From an uncultured Actinomycetota bacterium (GTDB lineage Bacteria; Actinomycetota; Actinomycetes; Mycobacteriales; Pseudonocardiaceae), in contig CAWKGY010000011.1 in the NCBI GenBank assembly GCA_963849235.1, positions 30,606 to 94,605 of the forward strand: a DNA stretch of 64,000 nt. The letters are read 5' to 3'. Of the stretch, positions 26,548 through 36,659 are shown one piece after another; positions within the stretch are counted from its first letter, which is position 1, and each line of letters begins with the position of its first letter. Under the pieces are notes generated by a model. The model was not told where the DNA came from, did not search any database, and saw only the letters and a list, made by a program, of their open reading frames with translations. Both the position numbers and the translations under genes were made by a program.

Positions 26548-28314
26548 TCAGGAGAGCCCGAACTCCCGCATCTTGCGGTAGAGGGTGTTCCGGCCGATGC
26601 CGAGGGCCCGCGCGGCCAGGGTGCGGTTGCCGTCGGAGGTGCGCAGCGCCTCGGCCACCGCATCGCGCTCGGCGGACTCCATCAGGCCCAACGGCCGCGC
26701 GGGGCCGCGGAGCTCCTCGGGCAGGTCGGCCTCCTCGACGACGCCACCCGCGGCCCGACGAGCGAGGACGACGACGGTGGTGCGCATCTCGGCGAGGTTG
26801 CCGGGCCAGTGCCAGGCGAGCAGGCGCTCCCAGGCCGCCGCGGAGAACCGGGTCCGGGCCTCGGGGACGGGCTGGTCGGCGACCATCGCACGCACCAGGG
26901 AGGGCAGGTACTCGCGGCTCTGGGCGAGCGCCGGCAGTCGGACGGTGGTCGCGAGGCGCCGCACGAGCCCGGTGAGCGCGTCGTCGGCGGCATCGAGGTC
27001 GGCGGTGAGCACCACCGGGGCCCCCGCCGCGAGCAGGGCCTCGACCTGGCCGACCGAGGGGTACGGCCGCTGGTGGACGCGGCGCACGACCAGCCCCCGC
27101 CGTGACCCGACGGCGTCGCGCGCCGCGGCGAACCAGTCCGGGTCCAGGTGCGGCTCCACGACCGCCGGGTCGTCGTGGCCCGCCCGGCGCAGGAGCCGCC
27201 GCGCGGTGTGCAGCTTCCCCGCCCCGCCCGGCCCGACGACCGCGACGACCTCCCCGTGGCCGAGAGCAGCGCCGAGTTGCCGATCGACCTCGGGGTCGTG
27301 GTGCAGCGGCTCCGGGACGGGCGCGGACGGCATCGCGATGCCGCGGGTGGTCGGGCGCGGGGTGTCGGGGCGGCGCGGCAGCAGCCGCACGCTGAACGCC
27401 GGTCTCCCGTCCTGGTGGACCGGCTCGACGACGGCGTCGTGGAACCCGTCCGAGAGCGGGACCGGCATCTGCCGGGCGCGGTGGTGGCGGTGCTCGGAGA
27501 GGTAGCCCCACAGCAGGGGGTGAAGGTCCGGGCCGACGTGGGCGAGGCCGGACCGGTTGGCGAGCACGGTCTCCTCGTCGACGACGAGCGCGCCGGTGGT
27601 CGCCTGGTCGAGGGCCAGGTAGGCCTCGACGAGACGACGGTGCCGCTCGCCGGCCCGGGCGTGCAGGCCGGCCTCGATCTGCCGGGCGACGTCGCCGGCC
27701 AGGGCGGCCATGAGCGGGTGCACGTCGCGAGTCGCGCAGGCGAGCGAGAACGAGCCGACCATCCGCCCGGTGTAGGGCTCGATGATCGGTGTCCCGGCGC
27801 AGGTCAGGCCCTCGAGGTCGGCGTTGTAGTGCTCGGGCCCGCGGACGAGCAGCGGCCGTCGCTCGACGAGCACCGTGCCGATGCCGTTCGTCCCGATCGA
27901 GGGCTCGGAGAAGTCGAAGCCTTCCGCGGCGTGCGCCCGGTCCATCAGCCGGCGCTGACGGCGGACGTCGGCGTGGCGGGCGATGATCCGGCCGCTCGCG
28001 TCCGAGAGCACCATCGCCACCGAGACGTCGGCGAGGCTCCACCGCAGGCGGGTCAGCACCGGTTCCGCCGCGCGCCGCAGGGTCGGCAGCTCGTCGTCGG
28101 GCTCGCGGTAGTCGATCGTCTCCGGCGCCACCGGGACCCGCTCACCCACGCACCGCCGCCAGCTCTGCTCGATGGCCTGCGGGACGCCGGTCCGACCCGG
28201 CGGGATCTCCAGGAGGCCGCCGACGACGAGCGTCTCCCGGGTGCGGCGGACGTGCTCGTGCTGCCGCGGTGACAGGGCCGGCAGCCGGCTCTCGTCTCGG
28301 GACATCGACGTCAC
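26548..28314 (-). CDS. GAF + degenerate AAA + Fis-HTH activator (ChnR/AcoR-like)
   Basis: SWRRC, EPSIGTNGIGT, GPGGAGK, WPGNLAEM, GNRTLAARALGIGRNTLYRKM. No GAFTGA motif. Confidence 0.88.
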   Translation of the reverse strand: MTSMSRDESRLPALSPRQHEHVRRTRETLVVGGLLEIPPGRTGVPQAIEQSWRRCVGERVPVAPETIDYREPDDELPTLRRAAEPVLTRLRWSLADVSVAMVLSDASGRIIARHADVRRQRRLMDRAHAAEGFDFSEPSIGTNGIGTVLVERRPLLVRGPEHYNADLEGLTCAGTPIIEPYTGRMVGSFSLACATRDVHPLMAALAGDVARQIEAGLHARAGERHRRLVEAYLALDQATTGALVVDEETVLANRSGLAHVGPDLHPLLWGYLSEHRHHRARQMPVPLSDGFHDAVVEPVHQDGRPAFSVRLLPRRPDTPRPTTRGIAMPSAPVPEPLHHDPEVDRQLGAALGHGEVVAVVGPGGAGKLHTARRLLRRAGHDDPAVVEPHLDPDWFAAARDAVGSRRGLVVRRVHQRPYPSVGQVEALLAAGAPVVLTADLDAADDALTGLVRRLATTVRLPALAQSREYLPSLVRAMVADQPVPEARTRFSAAAWERLLAWHWPGNLAEMRTTVVVLARRAAGGVVEEADLPEELRGPARPLGLMESAERDAVAEALRTSDGNRTLAARALGIGRNTLYRKMREFGLS

Positions 28315-28349
28315 CCGCTCACGTTCACCCCCGCCACCGTCGCGGGAGG

Positions 28350-28366
28350 CGTTCCAGAACGGAACA
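28350..28366. promoter_or_regulatory. Putative activator site (C/T)GT-N11-ACA
   Basis: cGTTCC-AGAAC-GGAACa inverted repeat, with the same length and geometry as the site at 6814-6830. Confidence 0.55.
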
Positions 28367-28438
28367 CCCGTCGATGTTGACTCTTCGGCACCGTGAGGTC
28401 CAGGTCACAACGCACGACGGATTCCACGGAGGTCACCG

Positions 28439-29368
28439 ATGACCACGGCCCCATCGACCCGCCCGGCGGCCACGCCGGCGGGAGCCGAGCCGCTCCGCGC
28501 CCTCTACGCGGACTGGTCGGAGATCATCGCCACCACGCCCGGCCTCACGACGCGGCTGTTCCGCAGCATCTTCGACGAGTGGCACCAGCCCACCCGTGAG
28601 CCCGAGGAGGTGACCTACCGCGAGGAGGTCGTCGGTGGGGTCCCGGGGATCTGGACGCTGCCGGCCGGGGCGGACACCGCTCAGGTGCTGCTCTACCTGC
28701 ACGGTGGCGGCTTCGCCGTCGGTTCGGCGGCCAGCCACCGCAAGCTCGCCGCGCACGTGGCGAAGGCGCTCGGCGTCACCGCCTTCGTCCTGGACTACCG
28801 CCGCGCCCCGGAGCACCCCCATCCCGCGCAGGTCGAGGACGGGGTCGCGGCGTTCGTCGCCCTGACCGAGCGCGGCGTCTCCCCCGCCGACATCACGGCG
28901 ATCGGCGACTCGGCGGGCGGCAACCTCGCCGTCGCGCTCCCGCTCGCGCTGCGCGAGCAGGGACTCCCGACGCCGGGCCGGGTCATCGCGTTCTCGCCGT
29001 GGCTGGACATGGAGAACCGCGGCGAGACGCTGGTCAGCAACGATGCCACCGACGCGCTCATCACCGTGCCGCTCCTCGAGGGCATGATCGCCGGGGTCCT
29101 GGCCGACGGCGCGATCGACCCCACGACGCCGCTGGCCAACCCGCTCTACGCGGACTTCTCCGGGTTCCCGCGGCTCTACGTCAACGCCGGCGGGGCGGAG
29201 TCGCTGGTCGACAACGCGACCCGGCTCGCCGAGAAGGCGACCGCGGCGGGCGTCGACGTGACCCTGTCGGTCGCCGACGGGATGCAGCACGTCTTCCCGT
29301 TCCTGGCCGGCAACGCCTCCGAGGCCGACGACGAGATCGCCGCCGTCGCCGCCTGGTACCGCGGCTGA
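28439..29368 (+). CDS. HSL-family esterase, probable caprolactone hydrolase (ChnC-like)
   Basis: HGGGF, GDSAGG, HVF. It is adjacent to a cyclohexanone monooxygenase. Confidence 0.85.
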   Translation: MTTAPSTRPAATPAGAEPLRALYADWSEIIATTPGLTTRLFRSIFDEWHQPTREPEEVTYREEVVGGVPGIWTLPAGADTAQVLLYLHGGGFAVGSAASHRKLAAHVAKALGVTAFVLDYRRAPEHPHPAQVEDGVAAFVALTERGVSPADITAIGDSAGGNLAVALPLALREQGLPTPGRVIAFSPWLDMENRGETLVSNDATDALITVPLLEGMIAGVLADGAIDPTTPLANPLYADFSGFPRLYVNAGGAESLVDNATRLAEKATAAGVDVTLSVADGMQHVFPFLAGNASEADDEIAAVAAWYRG

Positions 29369-29403
29369 CGCCGCCCCTCCCCACCACCCGAAGGAGACGA
29401 CCC

Positions 29404-31029
29404 ATGAGCACTGCCCGTACTCCCGACGTCGACGCCGTGGTCATCGGCGCCGGCTTCGGCGGCATCTACATGCTGCACACGCTGCGCAACGAGCTCGGCC
29501 TGACCGTCACGGCCTTCGAGAAGGGCGGAGGTGTCGGCGGCACCTGGTACTTCAACCGCTACCCGGGCGCCAAGTCGGACACCGAGGGCTTCGTCTACCG
29601 CTACTCGTTCGACAAGGACCTGCTCCAGGACTGGGACTGGACCACCCGCTACCTCGACCAGCCGGACGTGCTCGCCTACCTCGAGCACGTCGTCGAGCGC
29701 CACGACCTCGGCCGCGACATCCGGCTGCACACCGAGGTGACCGGCGCCGCGTACGACGAGGACACCGACCTCTGGACGGTGACCCTCGGGTCCGGGGAGT
29801 CCCTCACCTGCCGCTACCTGGTCAACGCGCTGGGGCTGCTCGCCAAGAGCAACCTCCCCGACATCCCCGGCCGGGACACCTTCGCGGGCACGCTGGTGCA
29901 CACGAACGCCTGGCCCGCCGACCTCGACATCACCGGCAAGCGCGTCGGCGTGATCGGCACCGGCTCGACCGGAACGCAGTTCATCGTCGCCGCCGCACAG
30001 ACGGCGAGCCGGCTGACGGTCTTCCAGCGCACGCCGCAGTACGTCGTCCCGTCGGGCAACCGCCCCGTGGAGCAGGCCGAGGTCGACGCGACGAAGGCCG
30101 ACTTCGACGCGATCTGGGACCAGGTCCGCGGTTCCGTCGTCGCCTTCGGCTTCGAGGAGAGCGGTGTCGAGGCGATGAGCGTCTCCGAGGAGGAACGCCG
30201 ACGCGTGTTCCAGGAGAACTGGGACAAGGGCAACGGCTTCCGGTTCATGTTCGGCACGTTCAGCGACATCGCGACGAACCCGGAGTCCAACGCGGCCGCC
30301 GCGGCCTTCATCCGCTCCAAGATCGCCGAGATCGTCAACGACCCCGAGACGGCCCGCAAGCTCACGCCGCACGACCTCTACGCGAAACGCCCCCTGTGCA
30401 ACGAGGGGTACTACGAGACCTACAACCGTGACGACGTCGAGCTCGTCTCGATCGCCGAGAACCCCATCGAGGAGATCACCCCGGCCGGCGTGCGCACCGC
30501 GGACGGGACCGTCCACGAGCTCGACGTGCTGGTCTTCGCCACCGGGTTCGACGCCGTCGACGGCAACTACCGGGCCATGGATCTCCGCGGGCGCGGCGGC
30601 AGACACATCGACGAGCACTGGACCGACGGCCCGACGAGCTACCTGGGCCTCGCCAAGTCCGGCTTTCCCAACATGTTCATGGTCCTCGGCCCCAACGGGC
30701 CGTTCACCAACCTCCCGCCGAGCATCGAGACCCAGGTCGAGTGGATCGGTGAGCTCATCGGACGGGCCGAGCGCGACGGTGTCCGGACGGTCGAGCCGAC
30801 CCCGGACGCCGAGGACGGGTGGACCGCGACCTGCCAGGAGATCGCCGACGCGACCCTCTTCCCCCAGGCCGACTCGTGGATCTTCGGAGCGAACATCCCG
30901 GGCAAGAAGAACGCCGTGATGTTCTACATGGCCGGGATCGGGGCCTACCGCCAGCAGTTGGCCGACGTGGCGGGGAACGACTACGTGGGCTTCGCCATGA
31001 CCCGGACGGACGAGACCGCCGGGGTCTGA
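29404..31029 (+). CDS. chnB: Cyclohexanone monooxygenase-type Baeyer-Villiger monooxygenase
   Basis: GAGFGG, GGTWYFNRYPGA.SD, FAGTLVHTNAWP; CHMO-specific stretches VAFGFEES, GFRFMFGTF, YAKRPLC, GPFTNLPPSIE, SWIFGAN.PGK. Confidence 0.9.
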   Translation: MSTARTPDVDAVVIGAGFGGIYMLHTLRNELGLTVTAFEKGGGVGGTWYFNRYPGAKSDTEGFVYRYSFDKDLLQDWDWTTRYLDQPDVLAYLEHVVERHDLGRDIRLHTEVTGAAYDEDTDLWTVTLGSGESLTCRYLVNALGLLAKSNLPDIPGRDTFAGTLVHTNAWPADLDITGKRVGVIGTGSTGTQFIVAAAQTASRLTVFQRTPQYVVPSGNRPVEQAEVDATKADFDAIWDQVRGSVVAFGFEESGVEAMSVSEEERRRVFQENWDKGNGFRFMFGTFSDIATNPESNAAAAAFIRSKIAEIVNDPETARKLTPHDLYAKRPLCNEGYYETYNRDDVELVSIAENPIEEITPAGVRTADGTVHELDVLVFATGFDAVDGNYRAMDLRGRGGRHIDEHWTDGPTSYLGLAKSGFPNMFMVLGPNGPFTNLPPSIETQVEWIGELIGRAERDGVRTVEPTPDAEDGWTATCQEIADATLFPQADSWIFGANIPGKKNAVMFYMAGIGAYRQQLADVAGNDYVGFAMTRTDETAGV

Positions 31030-31034
31030 GACCG

Positions 31035-31080
31035 GCCGGGCACGACCACGGGCGGCGCGGCGCCCGGGGTCGTGCCCGGC
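31035..31080 (+). terminator. Strong stem-loop after chnB
   Basis: 13-bp stem GCCGGGCACGACC/GGTCGTGCCCGGC with inner CGGGCG/CGCCCG. Confidence 0.65.
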
Positions 31081-31289
31081 GTCGCGATCCCGGTGGCCCG
31101 GCCCCACCGAACGGATGGGCCCGATTGCGGGCACGGGGGGTGTTCGCCACCATCGAGGGACGGCGGACACCGACCTCCACGGCCGGTGTCCGCTCGACTG
31201 CCCGGACCCGCTGTCGCAGCGAAACCGCATCTGCTCGCGCACGGGCCGGGGTCGGCCCGCGCGATCGCCGCGCCGAAGGGGCCCGCCCG

Positions 31290-31733
31290 ATGCCCTCCTC
31301 CCCGCCGACCGACGGCACTCCCCCGGTGATCGGTCGACCGGTCGCCCGTCACCTCGAGACCGTCGTGCACCGGCCGCGGCCCGGCACGGTCCTGGTGACC
31401 GTGTCCGGCGAGATCGACATGGTCACCGCGCCCTGCCTGCGGCGGTTGCTCCTCGAGGCCTCCCGGAGCCTCGCCTCCGGGGAGGGCACCGCTCCCCGAC
31501 CTCCGGTGCCGCGGCGGGTGGTGTGCGACCTGAGCGGGGTGGCGTTCCTGGGCGCCGCGGGACTCGGCGCCCTGGTCGCGGTCGCCGCGGCCACCCGGGC
31601 GCACGGGACCGAGTTGCGGATCGTGACGGGCACCCGGATCGCGCGCCGCGTCCTGGCCCTGGCCGGCCTCGACCGCGACCTCGACACCGCCGAGCGGCTC
31701 GCCGACGTCCTGACCCCGTTCCCGCACTCCTGA
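31290..31733 (+). CDS. STAS-domain anti-sigma factor antagonist
   Basis: VSGEIDMVTAP and DLSGVAFLGAAGL. The usual phosphoacceptor Ser of the DS motif is replaced. Confidence 0.8.
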   Translation: MPSSPPTDGTPPVIGRPVARHLETVVHRPRPGTVLVTVSGEIDMVTAPCLRRLLLEASRSLASGEGTAPRPPVPRRVVCDLSGVAFLGAAGLGALVAVAAATRAHGTELRIVTGTRIARRVLALAGLDRDLDTAERLADVLTPFPHS

Positions 31734-32040
31734 GCGGTCGATGTCCGGGGCGGCGCTCGAGACGGACTGATCGTGCTGGGGTTTGAGGCCGCACCGGCCT
31801 GCCGATCCCCGTCGCACACGCCCCCTCTCCTCGAGCGGGGCGAGTCCTGACGCCGCCCCGGACTCCGGCGGTGACCGATCGTCGCCGCGCACGGACTCGA
31901 GGAAGCCGGGTCGTCGCACATTCCCCCGCCCGGCCGCATCGGCCCGGTGGATCCGCCATTCCCTCACGCTCCTGCGCATACCCCCACACGCGCGGATGGG
32001 CCTCGACCGCTGCCATTCGTGACGATGAGGAGCTGACGGC

Positions 32041-32716
32041 ATGACCGCGCTGGCACCCCGACCGGTCCGCGGTCCCGCACCGGCCCCCTCGCCACCGACG
32101 GGGTCGCGCATTCTGCACTACCTGGGACCACCGATCCCGAGGACATCGGGATCACGTTCCTGCTCGGTGGCTCACCGGCGTCCTGCTCGGCAGCCCCGTC
32201 CTCGACTGGCAGCTCTCGGACTCCTCCTTCGTGGTGGCGCACTTCCACTACGTGCTGTTCGGGACGATCGTGTTCGCCACCTTCGCCGGCATCTACTTCT
32301 GGTTCCCGAAGATGACCGGGCGGATGCTCGACGAGCGCCTGGGGAAGTTCCGTTTCCGGACGACGTCCGTCGGGTTCCACACGACGTTCCTGGTCGTCCT
32401 CGGCGCCTCGACGCTGCCGTTCATCTGGAACGTGTTCGTCAGCTACCGGCACGGCCGGGTCGTGGACGTCGATGACCCCTGGTGCCACGGCAATTCGTTG
32501 GAGTGGGCCATCTCGTGCCCCCCGCCGCGGCACAACTTCACCGACCTCCCGCGCATCCGTCCGGAACGGCCCGCCTTCGAACTGCACTACCCCCGGATGT
32601 CGCCCCGCATCCGGAGCGAATCGCACATCGGCTCCCGGCAGGCCACCGTCGGCAAGCAGGCGGCCGGTCTGGCCCGCCAGGAGGGCCTCACCGGGGAGGA
32701 CTCCCGGAACCGGTGA
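32041..32716 (+). pseudogene. ctaD: Cytochrome c oxidase subunit I remnant with internal deletions and frameshifts
   Basis: The N-terminus (..TTDPEDIGI) is fused to [34 protein letters not shown] and [18 protein letters not shown]. About 680 nt remain of a gene normally about 1.7 kb. Confidence 0.88.
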
Positions 32717-32773
32717 TGCACCGGTCCACCCGTACCCCCGAGCCACGGCCAGACCCCGAGGAAGCAGCACCTG

Positions 32774-34468
32774 ATGGCGACCACCCCTGCCCGCCCCCAC
32801 GGCCGCACCGCCGCCCCGACCTCGACCGCCATGCGGCTGGTGGCCACGGCGGCCGACGAGGCCGACAGCCGGTACCACCCCGCCGGGGGCATCCGCCGGC
32901 AGATCGACAAGGTCTTCCCGACCCACTGGTCGTTCATGCTCGGCGAGATCAACATCTACAGCTTCATCGTGCTGCTGCTCTCGGGGACGTGGCTGGCGAT
33001 CTTCTACGACCCGTCGATGGCCGACACCACCTACCAGGGGGTCTACCTGCCGCTGCAGGGCGTGGAGGTGTCGAAGGCCTACGAGTCCACCGTGGACATC
33101 TCCATGCAGATCCGCGGTGGGCTGTTCATCCGGCAGGTCCACCACTGGGCGGCGCTGATCTTCGTCGCCTCGATGATCGCCCACATGATGCGCACCTTCT
33201 TCACCGGTGCGTTCCGGCGACCCCGGGAGTCGAACTGGCTGCTGGGCGTGGTGCTGCTGCTGGCCGGGATGATCGAGGGGTTCATCGGCTACTCGATGCC
33301 CGACGACCTGCTCTCCGGCACCGGCCTGCGGACCGGGCTCTCGGCGATCGTGATGTCGATCCCGGTGATCGGGACCTGGCTGCACTGGGCGATCCTGGGG
33401 GGCGAGTACCCCGGAACGATCATCATCCCGCGGCTGTACATCGTCCACGTGTTCCTGCTGCCCGGGCTCCTCACCGCCGTGATCGCGGTGCACGTGGCGC
33501 TCGTGTGGTTCCAGAAGCACACGCAGTTCCCCGGCACCGGGCGGACCGAGAAGAACGTCGTCGGGGTGCGCATCCTGCCGACCTTCGCCGCCAAGGCCGG
33601 CGGGTTCCTCGTCGCCAGCATCGGCATCATGGCGGCGATGGGTGGGTTCTTCCAGATCAACCCGATCTGGAAGCTCGGCCCCTACGACCCCACCAAGGTC
33701 GGCGCCGGCTCCCAGCCCGACTTCTACATGGGGTTCTTCGACGGCGCGGTCCGGCTGTGGCCGTCCTGGGAGATGTACCTCTTCGGCCGGTACACGATCC
33801 CGTCGATCTTCTTCCCCGCGGTGATCGGCTCCGGCATCCTGGTCACCCTGCTGGCGCTCTATCCCTGGATCGAGAGCCGGCTCACCGGCGACCGCGCCCA
33901 CCACAACCTGCTCCAGCGCCCGCGCGACGCCCCGGTCCGGACCGCCACCGGCATGGTCGCGATGACCTTCTACTTCTGGCTGCTGGTGGCCTCCGGGAAC
34001 GACATCATCGCCTACACCTTCGACATCTCCCTGAACGCGATGGTGTGGATCGGTCGTCTCGGCCTGGTGGTGCTGCCCCCGCTCGTCTACGTCGTGACCT
34101 ACCGGGTGTGCCTCGGGCTCCAGCACGCCGACCGCGAGGTCCTCGACCACGGCATCGAGACCGGGCACATCAAGCGCCTCCCGCACGGCGGGTTCGTCGA
34201 GGTGCACCAGTCCCTGGCCGGCAACGACGCCCATGGCGACCGCCGGGTGCTGACCTACCAGGGCGCCCCGGTCCCGAAGAAGATGAACGCCGTCGGCGCC
34301 GCGGGCGCACCCCTCAAGGGCGGCTGGTTCCGGCCCGACCCCGCCGACGAGCAGTCCCTCGCCCGGCACGAGGACTCCGGGCAGGACCCGATGGAGGCCG
34401 AGCCCGACCCGGCCCGGGAGCTCTCCGGCCGGCCCGACGCCGGACGCCCCAGCCACCTCGGCGACTGA
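32774..34468 (+). CDS. qcrB: Cytochrome bc1 complex cytochrome b subunit (actinobacterial)
   Basis: [11 protein letters not shown], heme His pairs QVHHWAA..AHM and [29 protein letters not shown]. Confidence 0.95.
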   Translation: MATTPARPHGRTAAPTSTAMRLVATAADEADSRYHPAGGIRRQIDKVFPTHWSFMLGEINIYSFIVLLLSGTWLAIFYDPSMADTTYQGVYLPLQGVEVSKAYESTVDISMQIRGGLFIRQVHHWAALIFVASMIAHMMRTFFTGAFRRPRESNWLLGVVLLLAGMIEGFIGYSMPDDLLSGTGLRTGLSAIVMSIPVIGTWLHWAILGGEYPGTIIIPRLYIVHVFLLPGLLTAVIAVHVALVWFQKHTQFPGTGRTEKNVVGVRILPTFAAKAGGFLVASIGIMAAMGGFFQINPIWKLGPYDPTKVGAGSQPDFYMGFFDGAVRLWPSWEMYLFGRYTIPSIFFPAVIGSGILVTLLALYPWIESRLTGDRAHHNLLQRPRDAPVRTATGMVAMTFYFWLLVASGNDIIAYTFDISLNAMVWIGRLGLVVLPPLVYVVTYRVCLGLQHADREVLDHGIETGHIKRLPHGGFVEVHQSLAGNDAHGDRRVLTYQGAPVPKKMNAVGAAGAPLKGGWFRPDPADEQSLARHEDSGQDPMEAEPDPARELSGRPDAGRPSHLGD

Positions 34469-34501
34469 CCTCCCCCGGCCCACCCGATCAAGGGACCGAA
34501 C

Positions 34502-34600
34502 ATGCCCCGCGACCACGAGCGGCGCTCACTCGACGCCGTCGCCGCACTGCTCGGCCTGACGCGGCTCGTCGCGCCGGCGGTCACCGCGCCGAGCCGATGA
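34502..34600 (+). CDS. Possible 32-aa small protein MPRDHERRSLDAVAALLGLTRLVAPAVTAPSR
   Basis: AAGGGA RBS. The stop overlaps the next ATG (ATGA). Confidence 0.35.
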   Translation: MPRDHERRSLDAVAALLGLTRLVAPAVTAPSR

Positions 34601-34947
34601 GCGGGCGGGCGGGCCTCCCGGAGGCGGCGGAGTGCCCCGCGGGGGCGGACGCGATCTACCGGGTGAGCTACCACGACCCCGAGAACCCCGCCGTCGAGCG
34701 GTCGCCGGGCTGGACCCTGTGCGCCGCGCTGGGCGAGTCGGTGCGCTGGTGTGCCGATCTGGCCGCCCACGGTGCCGGTCCGCTGGCCGGTCCACGCCAG
34801 GCCAAGGCGGTCGCCGTCCGGGCGCTGAAGGACCGCGGCGTCGCCGTCGACGCCTGGGAGATCGAGACCGACCGACCCGGGCCTACCTACCGGGCGGTCC
34901 ACCGGGGGTCGGAGCCCCCGGGTCCGCCGGGAGCCGGCGCACCGTGA
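34597..34947 (+). CDS. Hypothetical protein
   Basis: ORF with globular-looking composition and ATGA coupling. It overlaps the convergent gene by 65 nt. Confidence 0.45.
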   Translation: MSGRAGLPEAAECPAGADAIYRVSYHDPENPAVERSPGWTLCAALGESVRWCADLAAHGAGPLAGPRQAKAVAVRALKDRGVAVDAWEIETDRPGPTYRAVHRGSEPPGPPGAGAP

Positions 34948-36487
34948 GCGTGACCTGGCCACGGTTGTTGCCGTAGGAGCCCCACGCGTCGTTGCCGAAC
35001 GCCCACAGGTACCCGGCGCGCTCGACCACGCGGTCCACCGCGTCGCCGATGACGAACTTCTCGTCCGCCGTCGGCCGGCCCTGCCCGTCGACGGCGACCC
35101 GGCCCGTCGCGTCGGTGACCTCGTCGGCGACGAGCCCGACGAGGACCATCAGCGGCTCGTCGGCCTCGCGCCGGGCGCCGACCAGCTCGGCGTCGGGGTT
35201 GTGGAGGAGAGCACGGAGGCCGCGCTCGAGGGAGTCGACGACGCCGCCGAAGCCGTCGCCGAGCACCGGCCACCGCGCGGCCCCGCTCGGCCCGCCGCTG
35301 CCGAGCGGTGTGCTCCAGCGACCGGCCGCGGTGAAGCGGTAGGTGCCGGGCTCGAGGTGGAGATCGGTCGCGTTCCAGCTACGGTCCGCCGCCACCACGA
35401 CCTCCGCGGACTCGCCGACCTGCAGGGTCCGGGTCGGGCGGTAGCGCCGTTCCGGCGGGCCGTCGGCCGTGCCCACCTGGCGCTGGTGGGCGGAGGGGTC
35501 GACGTCGGCGCGGGGCGCGGTCGGGTCGACGCACGGGACGGCACGGGGACGGGGCTGCATGGCGGCCTCCTCGACCGCGCCGGAGAGGCCCTGCGCCATC
35601 CCGTGCAGCGTGCCCCCGACGGGATCGGGGTGCAGCGGGGCGTCGATGATCGGCAACCCGATCGTCTTGCGCGCCTGCTCGATCATCCAGTGCAGCGCGC
35701 CGTCGCTGAGCCTGCTGTCGTCAGGGTGGCCGCCGCCGACGTCGCAGTGGTCGCCCGGGAACCAGACCTGGGCGATGTCCTGGGTCGACCCGGGCGCGGG
35801 GGCTTCCCAGAGGGTCGGTCGGAACGGCCCGCGCATCTCGTCCAGCGACACCGCGTGGCGGGCGTACGGGATGCGGGGGTCGAGGACGACGTCGAGGAAC
35901 TCGTAGCGCTCGCGCGAGCCCAGCAGGTCCGGCAGACCGAGGTAGCTCGGGATGCCGAGGGCACCGACGGTGTCCCAGACCCCGACGAGCGCGACCGGGA
36001 TGTCGGGGGTCCGCGGGTCGTAGATCAGCGGGACGCCGTCGTCCGCCGCCCGCGGGAGCGGCCGGTCCTGGCCGGCGTCCCGGGCCGCGCGCTGGTCGGC
36101 CTTGTGGGTCCGGTAGCGGGCGTAGACCGCGTCGACGGCGGCGGCGAGGGCGGCCGGGCCGAGGCCCGTGCGGTCGACGATGCCCACGGTGCCGACCATC
36201 CCGGCGAGGCTCCGGGCGAGGTAGGCACCGCGGCTGAACCCGAAGACCGCGATGCGGTCCCCGGGGCGATGGTGGTCGACGATGAAGCGGTAGCCCTCGA
36301 GGAGGTCGTCGTCGATCCCCGACCCGGCGATCCCGCCCCGGAGGTGGTCGAGGAGCCCGCCCGTCCCGACACCCTTCACGTAGTGCTTGGTGACCTCCGG
36401 GCCGAGACGGTCGTGGAGCTGGACGACGTTGCTGCGGTCGGTGACGTCCTGCCACGTGCCGTCGCAGCACACGACGAGATCGGTCAT
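34883..36487 (-). CDS. DUF2235 / Tle1-like alpha/beta hydrolase with extra C-terminal domain
   Basis: CCDGTW, GFSRGA, GVWDTVGALG, HAVSLDE.R, WFPGDHCDVGGG. Confidence 0.9.
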   Translation of the reverse strand: MTDLVVCCDGTWQDVTDRSNVVQLHDRLGPEVTKHYVKGVGTGGLLDHLRGGIAGSGIDDDLLEGYRFIVDHHRPGDRIAVFGFSRGAYLARSLAGMVGTVGIVDRTGLGPAALAAAVDAVYARYRTHKADQRAARDAGQDRPLPRAADDGVPLIYDPRTPDIPVALVGVWDTVGALGIPSYLGLPDLLGSRERYEFLDVVLDPRIPYARHAVSLDEMRGPFRPTLWEAPAPGSTQDIAQVWFPGDHCDVGGGHPDDSRLSDGALHWMIEQARKTIGLPIIDAPLHPDPVGGTLHGMAQGLSGAVEEAAMQPRPRAVPCVDPTAPRADVDPSAHQRQVGTADGPPERRYRPTRTLQVGESAEVVVAADRSWNATDLHLEPGTYRFTAAGRWSTPLGSGGPSGAARWPVLGDGFGGVVDSLERGLRALLHNPDAELVGARREADEPLMVLVGLVADEVTDATGRVAVDGQGRPTADEKFVIGDAVDRVVERAGYLWAFGNDAWGSYGNNRGQVTLTVRRLPADPGAPTPGGPPGR

Positions 36488-36659
36488 GGCGCGCTCCGGT
36501 GGGCGTCAGCGACGGCGGACCTGACGAGTGTCACCCCGCGTCACGCCGTCCGCGCCGGCGTCCACCCCGACGGCCGAGCGACGTCACCGGCACGGCGCAG
36601 AGCCCGACGGGATCCTGGGACGAGGCCGGTCGGTCGGCCGCGGGCTACGCTCCGCCACC

